Positions 48,950 to 57,354 of a stretch of 64,000 nt of DNA are shown piece after piece. Origin of the DNA: Bacteroidales bacterium (GTDB lineage Bacteria; Bacteroidota; Bacteroidia; Bacteroidales; VadinHA17); contig JBBQZN010000006.1 of assembly GCA_038207725.1 (NCBI GenBank), forward strand, positions 4,824 through 68,823, given 5' to 3'. The notes below the pieces were generated by a model. It did not search any database. It saw only the letters and a list, made by a program, of their open reading frames with translations, and was not told the origin of the DNA. The translations under genes and the position numbers were made by a program. Position 1 is the stretch's first letter. Every line of letters starts with the position of its first letter.

Positions 48950-49786
48950 ATGTTCCAAACATCGCTTAATGATATTTTCCATGTTGAGAACTCAGACATG
49001 AGTATAAAGAAAACTAGGGAGAAGATGAATCCAGAGAGGACTAATATTACCAATTGTCCGGCAGTTCTTAGGGGTATGTCGCATGAGATGAGAACTCATA
49101 TGAATGCTATTGTGGCATTCTCGTTCCTCATGAAAGAAAAAAGTTGTGAAACTTCAGAAAGAGAGGAATACTGCAAACAAATATTCAGTTCCTGCGATCA
49201 GCTTTTAGGGCTGTTTGATACATACTTTGATTCAGCTATGATAGAGAATAGCAATTACAGGTCTGATTCACACAGTTTCAAACTCGACAATATTCTAAGC
49301 GAGCTTATACCGGAGTTCAGGGAACAAACAAAAAAGGAAAATAAGTCAGATCTGGAATTTTTAACGGAGATTCAATTTAATAATTCAATAGATGTATTTC
49401 TTGACAAGGATAGGATTTTAAGGGTAATCCGAAGCCTTTTTAATAATTCCATCAAAAACACAGATTCAGGGTACATTAAAATAGGTTATTATTTAAGAGA
49501 TGAATTATTAACATTTTACGTACTCGATTCGGGCCAGGGTTATTTAAAATGCAAAGAATTTCTTCATTCTGAAGATATAACTATGTCGCTTGCAATATAT
49601 AATGATCCTTATTCAGCGATGAATATAACTCTGGCCAAGAAGCTTATTCAGTTGTTAGGAGGTAATATATGGATAGAAAATAACGGTCTTTCAGGCTCCG
49701 GATTCTACTTTTCTATACCCGTTAATATGGAGATGACCTCCAAAGCAATAATAGATAAATATGTAAATACAAAAATTACGATTTGA
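48950..49786 (+). CDS. sensor-less cytoplasmic histidine kinase core (HisKA plus HATPase_c)
   Basis: H-box MSHEMRTHMNAI, N-box FNNSIKNT, G1 LDSGQG and G2 GLSGSGFYF. There is no TM or input domain, and it starts 18 nt after the anti-sigma-like gene. Confidence 0.8.
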   Translation: MFQTSLNDIFHVENSDMSIKKTREKMNPERTNITNCPAVLRGMSHEMRTHMNAIVAFSFLMKEKSCETSEREEYCKQIFSSCDQLLGLFDTYFDSAMIENSNYRSDSHSFKLDNILSELIPEFREQTKKENKSDLEFLTEIQFNNSIDVFLDKDRILRVIRSLFNNSIKNTDSGYIKIGYYLRDELLTFYVLDSGQGYLKCKEFLHSEDITMSLAIYNDPYSAMNITLAKKLIQLLGGNIWIENNGLSGSGFYFSIPVNMEMTSKAIIDKYVNTKITI

Positions 49787-49837
49787 AAGGTTTGTGATAA
49801 TTACGTGATCAAAGTCAGAATGCAATCCGCATTTAAA

Positions 49838-49868
49838 AAGATGGCTGCCCTACTCAGGCAGCCATCTT
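49838..49868. terminator. strong bidirectional intrinsic terminator between the kinase and the ompA-like gene
   Basis: aagatggctgcc-ctactca-ggcagccatctt forms a perfect 12-bp GC-rich stem flanked by A- and T-rich runs. Confidence 0.6.
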
Positions 49869-51803
49869 CTATTTCAGATCGATAACTTTTGCTTCAGTAC
49901 GTCTGTTGAGCTTCCGTCCTTCCTCTGTCTGATTATCCCCAATTGGTGAAGAATTGCCATAACCAACAGATTTCAGTCTGTCCTGAGAAACTCCCTTTTC
50001 AACAAGATACTTAACAACAGAGAGAGCTCTTTTTTCAGAAAGTTGTTTATTGTACTCTGCAGTACCTGTTGAATCGGTATATCCGCCTATTTCCAGAATC
50101 AGACCCTTGTTTTCCGTAAGCAATCTGATAAGGTTATTAAGCTCAGACAGCGATTCTTTCTTCAGTTGCCATGAGTCTACCTCATAAAAAATATTTGACA
50201 GGAGCATTTTCTCTCCAACCTTTATCTGACTAAGGCTGATTTTTTTGATAAAAGGTTTCATTACAGTATGATCACCTTCAAACATAAAGTTTTCAGAATA
50301 AAAGAGATATCCTGATTTACTCACATTAATTCCGTAATTGTAACCTGAAGGAAGACATACAAGGAAATTACCTGCTGCGTCAGTTGTGCTTTTAACTTTA
50401 ATCTCCCCTGAGCTAAGATTCACAAGTTCATAATCTGCCTTAATAAGTTTGCCTGTTTCTCTGTCATATACCTTACCCTTAAGATAGGAAACAGGGTCTG
50501 GTCTGATCGATTCGTAAAGGTTAAAACCAAAAATATCCTTTCCGTTTTTCGGATCTCTCACTGATGAATAATACGCCATCTGACCACCCGATTCAATAAC
50601 AAGCCCCATTTCATCGCTCAGTGTATTTATCGGGTAACCAAGGTTTTGCGGTTCACTCCATGAAGAATCATTTATCATCCTTGAAATATAAATATCAAAT
50701 CCTCCGATACCTACTCTTCCTTCGGAAGAAAAATAAAGTGTCTTTCCATCAAAATGGATAAAAGGCGACATTTCATCTCCGTTTGTATTAATAGTTTTTC
50801 CTGCATTTATGGGGTTTGACCATCGATTATTGTTGTTAAGTACCGAATACCAGATATCTTTTCCACCAAAACCTCCGGGCCGGCTGCTGGAAAAGAACAA
50901 TTTTTTCCCATCTGCGCTTATCGAAGGCTGTGATTCCCAATACGTAGAATTTACCGGAGATCCCAGATTTATAGGTTCAGTCCATCTTCCATCTGTATTT
51001 GATGAATAATAAATATCGCAGCTTCCAACACCTCCTTTTCTGTCGCATGCAGTATAAAACATTGAACTTCCATTTGATGCAAGAGACTGAGCTCCTTCAT
51101 TCTGATTAGTATTCAGTGGCCATCCGGCATAAACAGCTTTCTGCCATCTGTTATCAGAAAAGGAGCTCAGGTAAAAATCCTCCTGAAAAAGTCCATACGA
51201 CGAATTGGATCCCACCTGTGTAAGCTGCCTCGTAAACATAAGTGTCTGTCCATCTGCTGTTATAGAGGGCCAATATTCATCATTTGGGGTATTGATTTCA
51301 GATCCAACGCTGACGGGATTAAATGGAACAGGATTCTTGATGGCGTTTATAGCAAATTCACAGTTTTTCAACAATTTCACAGCAAATGTCCGGTTTGTTT
51401 CCAGCATTCCGGGTTGTGACAGATAGACATTGAAATGTATAATTGCTTTATTGAAATCTGATGACATCATCTCGGCTTTGGCCAGACTAAAAAAGACCGG
51501 CTTAAAGAATAGAGAATCAATTTTCACAGCAGTCTGATAAAAGGATGCAGATTCGGCATACTTTCGTTGCTTCAACATAAGTTCGCCCATCATCATATAA
51601 GCTTCAAAGAATCTGTTATCTGTTAAAATTGCTTCTCTGAAACTTCTTTCCGCCCTTGTGAAGTCAAGAAAATCATAGGCTGATACTCCATCATTATAGT
51701 ATTTAAGAGCTTTATTTGATGCAGTGTGAGTCCCCTGACAATAAGTGTCAGTGTTAGCGAACAGGAAAAAAGACACTATTAATATGATTATTGGTTTCAC
51801 CAT
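49869..51803 (-). CDS. OmpA-family protein with TPR, TolB-like beta-propeller repeats and a C-terminal OmpA domain
   Basis: Signal peptide and repeated WPS/WES...DG..L.F.S motifs. The C-terminus EIGGYTDSTGTAEYNKQLSEKRALSVVKYL is a peptidoglycan-binding OmpA_C motif. Confidence 0.85.
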   Translation of the reverse strand: MVKPIIILIVSFFLFANTDTYCQGTHTASNKALKYYNDGVSAYDFLDFTRAERSFREAILTDNRFFEAYMMMGELMLKQRKYAESASFYQTAVKIDSLFFKPVFFSLAKAEMMSSDFNKAIIHFNVYLSQPGMLETNRTFAVKLLKNCEFAINAIKNPVPFNPVSVGSEINTPNDEYWPSITADGQTLMFTRQLTQVGSNSSYGLFQEDFYLSSFSDNRWQKAVYAGWPLNTNQNEGAQSLASNGSSMFYTACDRKGGVGSCDIYYSSNTDGRWTEPINLGSPVNSTYWESQPSISADGKKLFFSSSRPGGFGGKDIWYSVLNNNNRWSNPINAGKTINTNGDEMSPFIHFDGKTLYFSSEGRVGIGGFDIYISRMINDSSWSEPQNLGYPINTLSDEMGLVIESGGQMAYYSSVRDPKNGKDIFGFNLYESIRPDPVSYLKGKVYDRETGKLIKADYELVNLSSGEIKVKSTTDAAGNFLVCLPSGYNYGINVSKSGYLFYSENFMFEGDHTVMKPFIKKISLSQIKVGEKMLLSNIFYEVDSWQLKKESLSELNNLIRLLTENKGLILEIGGYTDSTGTAEYNKQLSEKRALSVVKYLVEKGVSQDRLKSVGYGNSSPIGDNQTEEGRKLNRRTEAKVIDLK

Positions 51804-51809
51804 TTCACT

Positions 51810-52439
51810 TTATGGTATATGCATATATTTATGAACCTGAAGTGATACTCTCCACTGAGGATTTTTCTTAACATATTCAACTATTTCCGGAATAATTACT
51901 TCGAAACGGCTCCATTCAGGCTGCAGATAAAGGCGACAGGTATTGTTTACAAGAGTGCTAAACTTTTCAGCCCATTCAAAATCATCTGAATTTTGAATAA
52001 TTACTTTTAATTCGTCAGCAATTTTATATATTTCATTGACAGGGGGGGAATTTCTCTTTGGAGAGAGACAAATCCAATCCCATATACCACTTACAGGGTA
52101 TGCTCCGGATGTTTCAATAAAGGTACTTATTTTTTTGTTTTTTAATCCTTCACAGAGGTAATCCAGATTCCATATAAGAGGTTCTCCTCCTGTTATTACT
52201 ACTGAGTCGGTACCAGATTCAACGATATTTTTAATAATATCATCGGAACTAACTACCGGGTGAATATCAGGATTCCATGAAAACCGTGAATCGCACCAGC
52301 TGCAACCAACATCACAGCCACCTAATCTGAGAAAATAAGCGGCTTTGCCTGTATGGAAACCTTCACCCTGTAAGGTATAGAACTCTTCAACAACAGGCAG
52401 AAATTTACCCTCCTCAGATTTATCAGTTAATTCATCCAT
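51810..52439 (-). CDS. queE: 7-carboxy-7-deazaguanine synthase (radical SAM)
   Basis: EEFYTLQGEGFHTGKAAYFLRLGGCDVGCSWCDS is the QueE N-terminal signature with the CxxxCxxC cluster, followed by VVITGGEPL. Confidence 0.85.
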   Translation of the reverse strand: MDELTDKSEEGKFLPVVEEFYTLQGEGFHTGKAAYFLRLGGCDVGCSWCDSRFSWNPDIHPVVSSDDIIKNIVESGTDSVVITGGEPLIWNLDYLCEGLKNKKISTFIETSGAYPVSGIWDWICLSPKRNSPPVNEIYKIADELKVIIQNSDDFEWAEKFSTLVNNTCRLYLQPEWSRFEVIIPEIVEYVKKNPQWRVSLQVHKYMHIP

Positions 52440-52508
52440 AATAATATAGACATTGAGTCTGTGACTTATAACACAAAAAAATGAATTAATATTTTAGTCA
52501 ATATTTTT

Positions 52509-54287
52509 TTAATTGCTTTTTGAAGTTCCAAAAAGTAACTTATATTCTCTCCCTGATGCACTCACATGCCATTTTTCAGGAATTATTTTCCAGTTGTTAA
52601 ATTTCTGAGGAGTCACTATTTTTCTTGTTTCAATTGATTTTAAAATATAATACCTTAAATCTCTGTCAGTTGATGAAATAACCCTTGATCGAAGTTCATT
52701 CGCGGCAATCCCTGCACCTTCTGTGAAGTGCCCTCCGCCCCCATTTCCGCGATACGAATTAACAGCCACCTTATACATTGCCTTCTCATCAAAAACTTTG
52801 CCATTTGTAAAACCTGAAATAGTAATTCTGGATCCTTCTGATTTAGTCAGGTCAACAACGTAATCTATACCAACTGCAGAATCAAAATTATATGCTTGGT
52901 TTCTCAGCCATGCTTTACCATTAGTAATAACAGGTTTTCCATCCTTACCGGTTCTGAATTTAAGCATGGGGTCACCAGGTTTACTCATTGTGCTAAACCA
53001 TTCAGAATAAGAGTATTCAAGATATTTCAGAATTTCGGAACCATACATGCTCATTGTATAGAGCATATTCTCAAATCTGTATAGTTTAAACATATCTCCA
53101 ACAGTGACCGGTCCTTCTTTGATACTAACATCGAAAGAGAGAGGCGCTGCAAATGAAACATCAGATCCGGTAATTTCCATCTGAATTGAATGAATCATAT
53201 CTGTAAAGGCCGATGGTCCGAAATATGAATCGCGCGATGAAATTGTTGCAGTTGAAGTGCCGATAACCCTATTTACATATCCATCAATTGTTTGATGCTG
53301 AGTCATGAATTTTGAAATAAATTCAGGATCAGGCTCATAATCAGCAACATTTATAATTTCACCCTTAATTAATTTCTGTCTTTTCCCATTTACCTTCTTT
53401 GAAGAAAAAGCAATGTTAGCCTGTGCTATCTTCTGTGCATGGCTACCTCCATTCAGAATCAGTACAGTGTCGCCAACGGAATTAACAAACTTCTCATTTG
53501 CAACCCGGTGATCATGACCTGTAAAAATTACATCAAACCCCGGAACATTGTATGCAACAGAGGCTGCTCCATTTTCATATAATGGATCTGAAACAGGTGA
53601 GTCGCCTTCTTTAGGCTTATCCCATCCCGAATGAAAAAGCCCCACAATCAGATCAGGCTTTTCTTTTTTTATTAAAGGCATCCATAATTCAGCAGACTCA
53701 AGCATGTCTCTGAATTCAATACCTGCATAAAGTTCTTCAGGCAGCCAGGTAGGAATAGCTGGTGTGACTAGTCCGAAAATTGCCACACTGACTCCCTCTT
53801 TCTCAACTATATAATAAGGTTTGAAGTAAGGTTCACCAGTTTTTGTATTTACAGCATTAGCTGCGAGAAGAGGGAAATTATATTCCTTAACAAGTCGGTC
53901 ATACACTGCGTGCCCGGCTTCCACATCATGGTTTCCTGCTGTACATGCGTCGTACCCCATATAATTCATTACTTCAGCCTGAAAATGAGGAGTTACTGTA
54001 TCGATAAAATTGTAATAATAAACCTCAGGCTGACCCTGCAGATTATCACCATTATCAAGAAGAATTGTTATTCCTTCTTCACTTCTCATCTTTTTAACAT
54101 AGGTTGAAACAGAAGCCAGGGAACTATTCAGTTTCTCTTTTTCAATATAATCATAAGGCAGAATCACCCCATGTAAATCAGTAGTTTCAAGGATACTTAT
54201 TTTCTTTACCTCTGAATCAGAGCAGGAAACAAAAACAACAGCAAGACAGATGCTTAGCAGCAATCTGAAGATTCTTCCTTTTTCCAT
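52509..54287 (-). CDS. bifunctional metallophosphatase / 5'-nucleotidase (UshA-like) lipoprotein
   Basis: Lipobox VFVSCS, metallophosphoesterase motifs TTDLHG, DNGDNLQG, GNHD and GHDH, and a C-terminal 5'-nucleotidase domain. Confidence 0.85.
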   Translation of the reverse strand: MEKGRIFRLLLSICLAVVFVSCSDSEVKKISILETTDLHGVILPYDYIEKEKLNSSLASVSTYVKKMRSEEGITILLDNGDNLQGQPEVYYYNFIDTVTPHFQAEVMNYMGYDACTAGNHDVEAGHAVYDRLVKEYNFPLLAANAVNTKTGEPYFKPYYIVEKEGVSVAIFGLVTPAIPTWLPEELYAGIEFRDMLESAELWMPLIKKEKPDLIVGLFHSGWDKPKEGDSPVSDPLYENGAASVAYNVPGFDVIFTGHDHRVANEKFVNSVGDTVLILNGGSHAQKIAQANIAFSSKKVNGKRQKLIKGEIINVADYEPDPEFISKFMTQHQTIDGYVNRVIGTSTATISSRDSYFGPSAFTDMIHSIQMEITGSDVSFAAPLSFDVSIKEGPVTVGDMFKLYRFENMLYTMSMYGSEILKYLEYSYSEWFSTMSKPGDPMLKFRTGKDGKPVITNGKAWLRNQAYNFDSAVGIDYVVDLTKSEGSRITISGFTNGKVFDEKAMYKVAVNSYRGNGGGGHFTEGAGIAANELRSRVISSTDRDLRYYILKSIETRKIVTPQKFNNWKIIPEKWHVSASGREYKLLFGTSKSN

Positions 54288-54298
54288 CTTTAGCAGTA

Positions 54299-57127
54299 TT
54301 ATTCTTTTATAAGTTCATAGCCATCTGTTTTCCCCTTTTCAAGCTGGGAGATACCATTTTTCATCCATGAAGGCATTGGAGCATCCTTCAGATAATGATC
54401 AAAAAACTGCATCTTTCTTATTGAGATATCCTTTCTTGCAGGACGTTTGACAAGATTGTGGTCTTCATCATTATAAGATAAAAGCCATGCCGGTTTATCA
54501 AGTCGGCGAAGGGCAGTAATAAACTCAATACTCTGGTACCATGGAACTGCGCCATCAGCATCATTATGCATAAGGAGCAACGGAGTATTTATTTTTGGAA
54601 CAAAGAAAATAGGAGAATTCTCAATAAACTGAATCGGCTTTTCCCAAAGAGTTCCGCCTATTCTGCTTTGTGTATGCTCATACTGAAACATTCTTGACAT
54701 TCCTGTACCCCATCTTATTCCGCCATAGGCACTTGTCATGTTCACAACTGCAGCACCTGCATAGGCACATTTAAAAAGATCAGTCTGAGTAACCAGCCAG
54801 GCTATCTGGTACCCTCCCCAGCTTTGACCATCAAGCGCAAGCCTTTCGCTATCGATAAAACTGAATCTGTCAAGCAAAGAGTAAGTACCACTGACAACTG
54901 CATCATAGCAACTTTGTCCCGGGTAACCTATTTTATATGGTATATCAGGAACAAACACTAGATATCCGTTACTTACTGCAAATGTTCTGTTTATTATAGA
55001 GGCACTCGGTGCAGGTGGCATATAGTTATATAATCCATCTGAACTTCTTTCATAGAAATAAACTATCATCGGGTATTTCTTAGTTGGGTCAAAGTTCTCT
55101 GGTTTGTAGAGAATGCCCTGTAATTTCTGACGATCAAATGACATCCATTCAACCAGTTCTGTAGTACCCCAGTTATAATTATATTGCTGAGGGTTTGTCA
55201 CTGAGAGCTTCTTAATTCCTCCGAATGTCAAATTACTGAGATGTAATTCAGGGGAGGATGTATATGTACCCTTCTGCCAGATGATGAAATCTGCTTTCTC
55301 TGCCTTAGTTACTCCTCCCGGGAAAGAAGCCTTTTCCATAATTATGCGGGACGGATCAGTTACTTTTCCCTGTTTCAGAGAATAGAATCCGGCTTCTTTT
55401 GAGTTTTCATTAAATGCAGAAAGCAGAAGAATTTCCTTTATGTTGATAAAATCTGCTTCCTGATCAAGTTTAATATACCTTAGAACAAGATTGTTTTTTC
55501 TTCCAAAACCATAGGTTATATTAACAGAAGGCTCAACACCATTGAGGTCAACCGCCCAGATATCAAAACGATCATATACAAGTACATGCTTCTCGTCAGC
55601 AGAATAACCTGCAATACCATGAGGAGATGGATCGTCAGGCATATCATTAAGCTCGTTATAAAAAGGCAATTTTATTGAAGAGGTAATATTCTTCTTTTGA
55701 CCACCGGCAACAGGAGAGGATATCCATCCCAACTCAGTATTATCCCAGTAAACAAGATATTTTCCGGAGGGAGAAAGAGAAGCTCGTGAAGTACATTTTT
55801 CAAGAACAAGTTTCTTCGATCCGGTAGCTACATTAACAAGATAATAATCTGAGCCTGACCCTCCCTCCCATGAAGAGGATTTCTGATATTTAAGATCTGA
55901 TGAACCAAGAGCAATTAACCCGTTACCTTTTTGAATTGTTCTTACAGAGGGAATAAGAGTATCGGCAAGCTGAAGCATTTTACCTGTATTAATATGGTAT
56001 ACAGCCATCCATGTACGTTTCCTCTCCTGTTCCAGATTTTTTTTCTGCATTGGCTGCAGGCTATCATCATCCCATGACCAGATATCCAATTTATATTTCT
56101 CATCCTCCAGAAGCGTATCTTCAGGCTCTTTAACAGGTTTTTGTGCAGTTCCAAAATATAAGCGCGTGCCATCATCCGAGAAGGTAATACTTCCGTTCTC
56201 ACTTACTGACCATCCCGAAGGCATACCCTGGGTAGTAATGTCTACAACTTTTGAAGCTTGTCCGGAATTACCGGACAGCCAAAGATTATATACTTTAACT
56301 TTAGCTGTATCAGCTGAATAGATAAAAGAGACTGTATTGCCTATGCGATCATTACTAAGCTTTTTCACACTTCCCTTAGCTTCAAAAACAAGCTTTGAAA
56401 CCTCCTTCTCTGTATCAAAGATATTCACCCTGGAATTTTCTATTTTTGTAGTATCAGGTATGCTCTGAAGATAGCTTATTGATTTACCATCTTTCGACAC
56501 CATGTATTCAGTTACATCGGAAAATCTGTATTCCTTTTTTATTAAAGGATTATATATTACCAGTTCAGTGCCTTTTGCTTCTGCAACTTTTGGCTTCTTT
56601 ACCGGAGAAGGAGCAGCAACTTTTGCTGTATCATCCTGATTCTTCTTATCCTTAGCGTCAACAACTTTCTTCTCCAGAAGATAGGCCATCCATAATGAAT
56701 TCTTCTCTGCAACTGCGAATGATTTTACTCTTGGAATTTTCACAACTTCATTGCTCGACAAAAGAAGAATTTCCAGACTATTCTTTGGCAGTTTATCATC
56801 TTTTAGTTTTTTCTTTTTTGCCTGACGTGTCTCAGCGTAAGTTGGGGCTACCTGATAGGCAATATATTTATTATCAGAAGAAAAAACAGCGCGGCTTCCC
56901 CTAGCAACGGAGTCTTTTTTGCCGGTAGCTGCATTATAAATATATAGCCAGCCATCACCCTGCTGAGGGTTTATGACAAATGTTATCCATTTGCCGTCGG
57001 TGGAAATAGCTGAAGAACCAAGACTTTTCCATCCATCATAAATATTATTGTCAAGAGGAGGTTTTTGAGCTGATAATGAAACATTAAGCAACAGAAATGT
57101 GAGCAGAAGTAAAGTTATTCTTTTCAT
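54299..57127 (-). CDS. S9-family (prolyl oligopeptidase/dipeptidyl peptidase-like) serine peptidase
   Basis: Signal peptide MKRITLLLLTFLLLNVSLSAQ, an N-terminal beta-propeller region, the catalytic GQSWGGY (GxSxGG) and a downstream D/H. The start was set at ATG 57127, since the track start at 57154 is TTG. Confidence 0.88.
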   Translation of the reverse strand: MKRITLLLLTFLLLNVSLSAQKPPLDNNIYDGWKSLGSSAISTDGKWITFVINPQQGDGWLYIYNAATGKKDSVARGSRAVFSSDNKYIAYQVAPTYAETRQAKKKKLKDDKLPKNSLEILLLSSNEVVKIPRVKSFAVAEKNSLWMAYLLEKKVVDAKDKKNQDDTAKVAAPSPVKKPKVAEAKGTELVIYNPLIKKEYRFSDVTEYMVSKDGKSISYLQSIPDTTKIENSRVNIFDTEKEVSKLVFEAKGSVKKLSNDRIGNTVSFIYSADTAKVKVYNLWLSGNSGQASKVVDITTQGMPSGWSVSENGSITFSDDGTRLYFGTAQKPVKEPEDTLLEDEKYKLDIWSWDDDSLQPMQKKNLEQERKRTWMAVYHINTGKMLQLADTLIPSVRTIQKGNGLIALGSSDLKYQKSSSWEGGSGSDYYLVNVATGSKKLVLEKCTSRASLSPSGKYLVYWDNTELGWISSPVAGGQKKNITSSIKLPFYNELNDMPDDPSPHGIAGYSADEKHVLVYDRFDIWAVDLNGVEPSVNITYGFGRKNNLVLRYIKLDQEADFINIKEILLLSAFNENSKEAGFYSLKQGKVTDPSRIIMEKASFPGGVTKAEKADFIIWQKGTYTSSPELHLSNLTFGGIKKLSVTNPQQYNYNWGTTELVEWMSFDRQKLQGILYKPENFDPTKKYPMIVYFYERSSDGLYNYMPPAPSASIINRTFAVSNGYLVFVPDIPYKIGYPGQSCYDAVVSGTYSLLDRFSFIDSERLALDGQSWGGYQIAWLVTQTDLFKCAYAGAAVVNMTSAYGGIRWGTGMSRMFQYEHTQSRIGGTLWEKPIQFIENSPIFFVPKINTPLLLMHNDADGAVPWYQSIEFITALRRLDKPAWLLSYNDEDHNLVKRPARKDISIRKMQFFDHYLKDAPMPSWMKNGISQLEKGKTDGYELIKE

Positions 57128-57233
57128 GATTAGATTTTTTTTAATAATATTCAAACATAGGAAAGATTAATGATTATCGTATAATATCGTGTATGTTATA
57201 GATCAGTTAGTACTGATAAATATAAATACTGTG

Positions 57234-57326
57234 CTAATCAGTCCGAAGTTCGGAGTGCGGAGTTCGGAGTGCGTTCACCCCTTCTGGCTTCTGTCTTCTG
57301 TATCCAATGATAATACCACTGATTAG
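57234..57326. repeat. 9-bp inverted repeats (CTAATCAGT / ACTGATTAG) enclosing tandem short repeats
   Basis: The inner 75 bp contain (GGAGTKC)x4-like repeats in cgaagttcggagtgcggagttcggagtgcg, and CTTCTGK x3 in cttctggcttctgtcttctg. This is a GC-rich island in AT-rich intergenic DNA. Confidence 0.7.
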
Positions 57327-57330
57327 TTAC

Positions 57331-57338
57331 TATATTTG
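57331..57338 (+). promoter_or_regulatory. -7 promoter box (TATATTTG) for the DUF1343 gene
   Basis: Exact TAnnTTTG match, 17 nt upstream of the ATG at 57355. Confidence 0.45.
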
Positions 57339-57354
57339 TTTTTAAATTTTGCAT

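Noticed and set aside
51810-52439. Radical-SAM gene considered as a possible maturase for the GG-leader peptide
   Set aside because: The sequence carries the QueE signature (EEFYTLQGEG...GGCDVGCSWCDS) and has the size of a QueE. It is separated from the peptide locus by a strong terminator and an ompA-like gene, and it sits in a different transcription unit.
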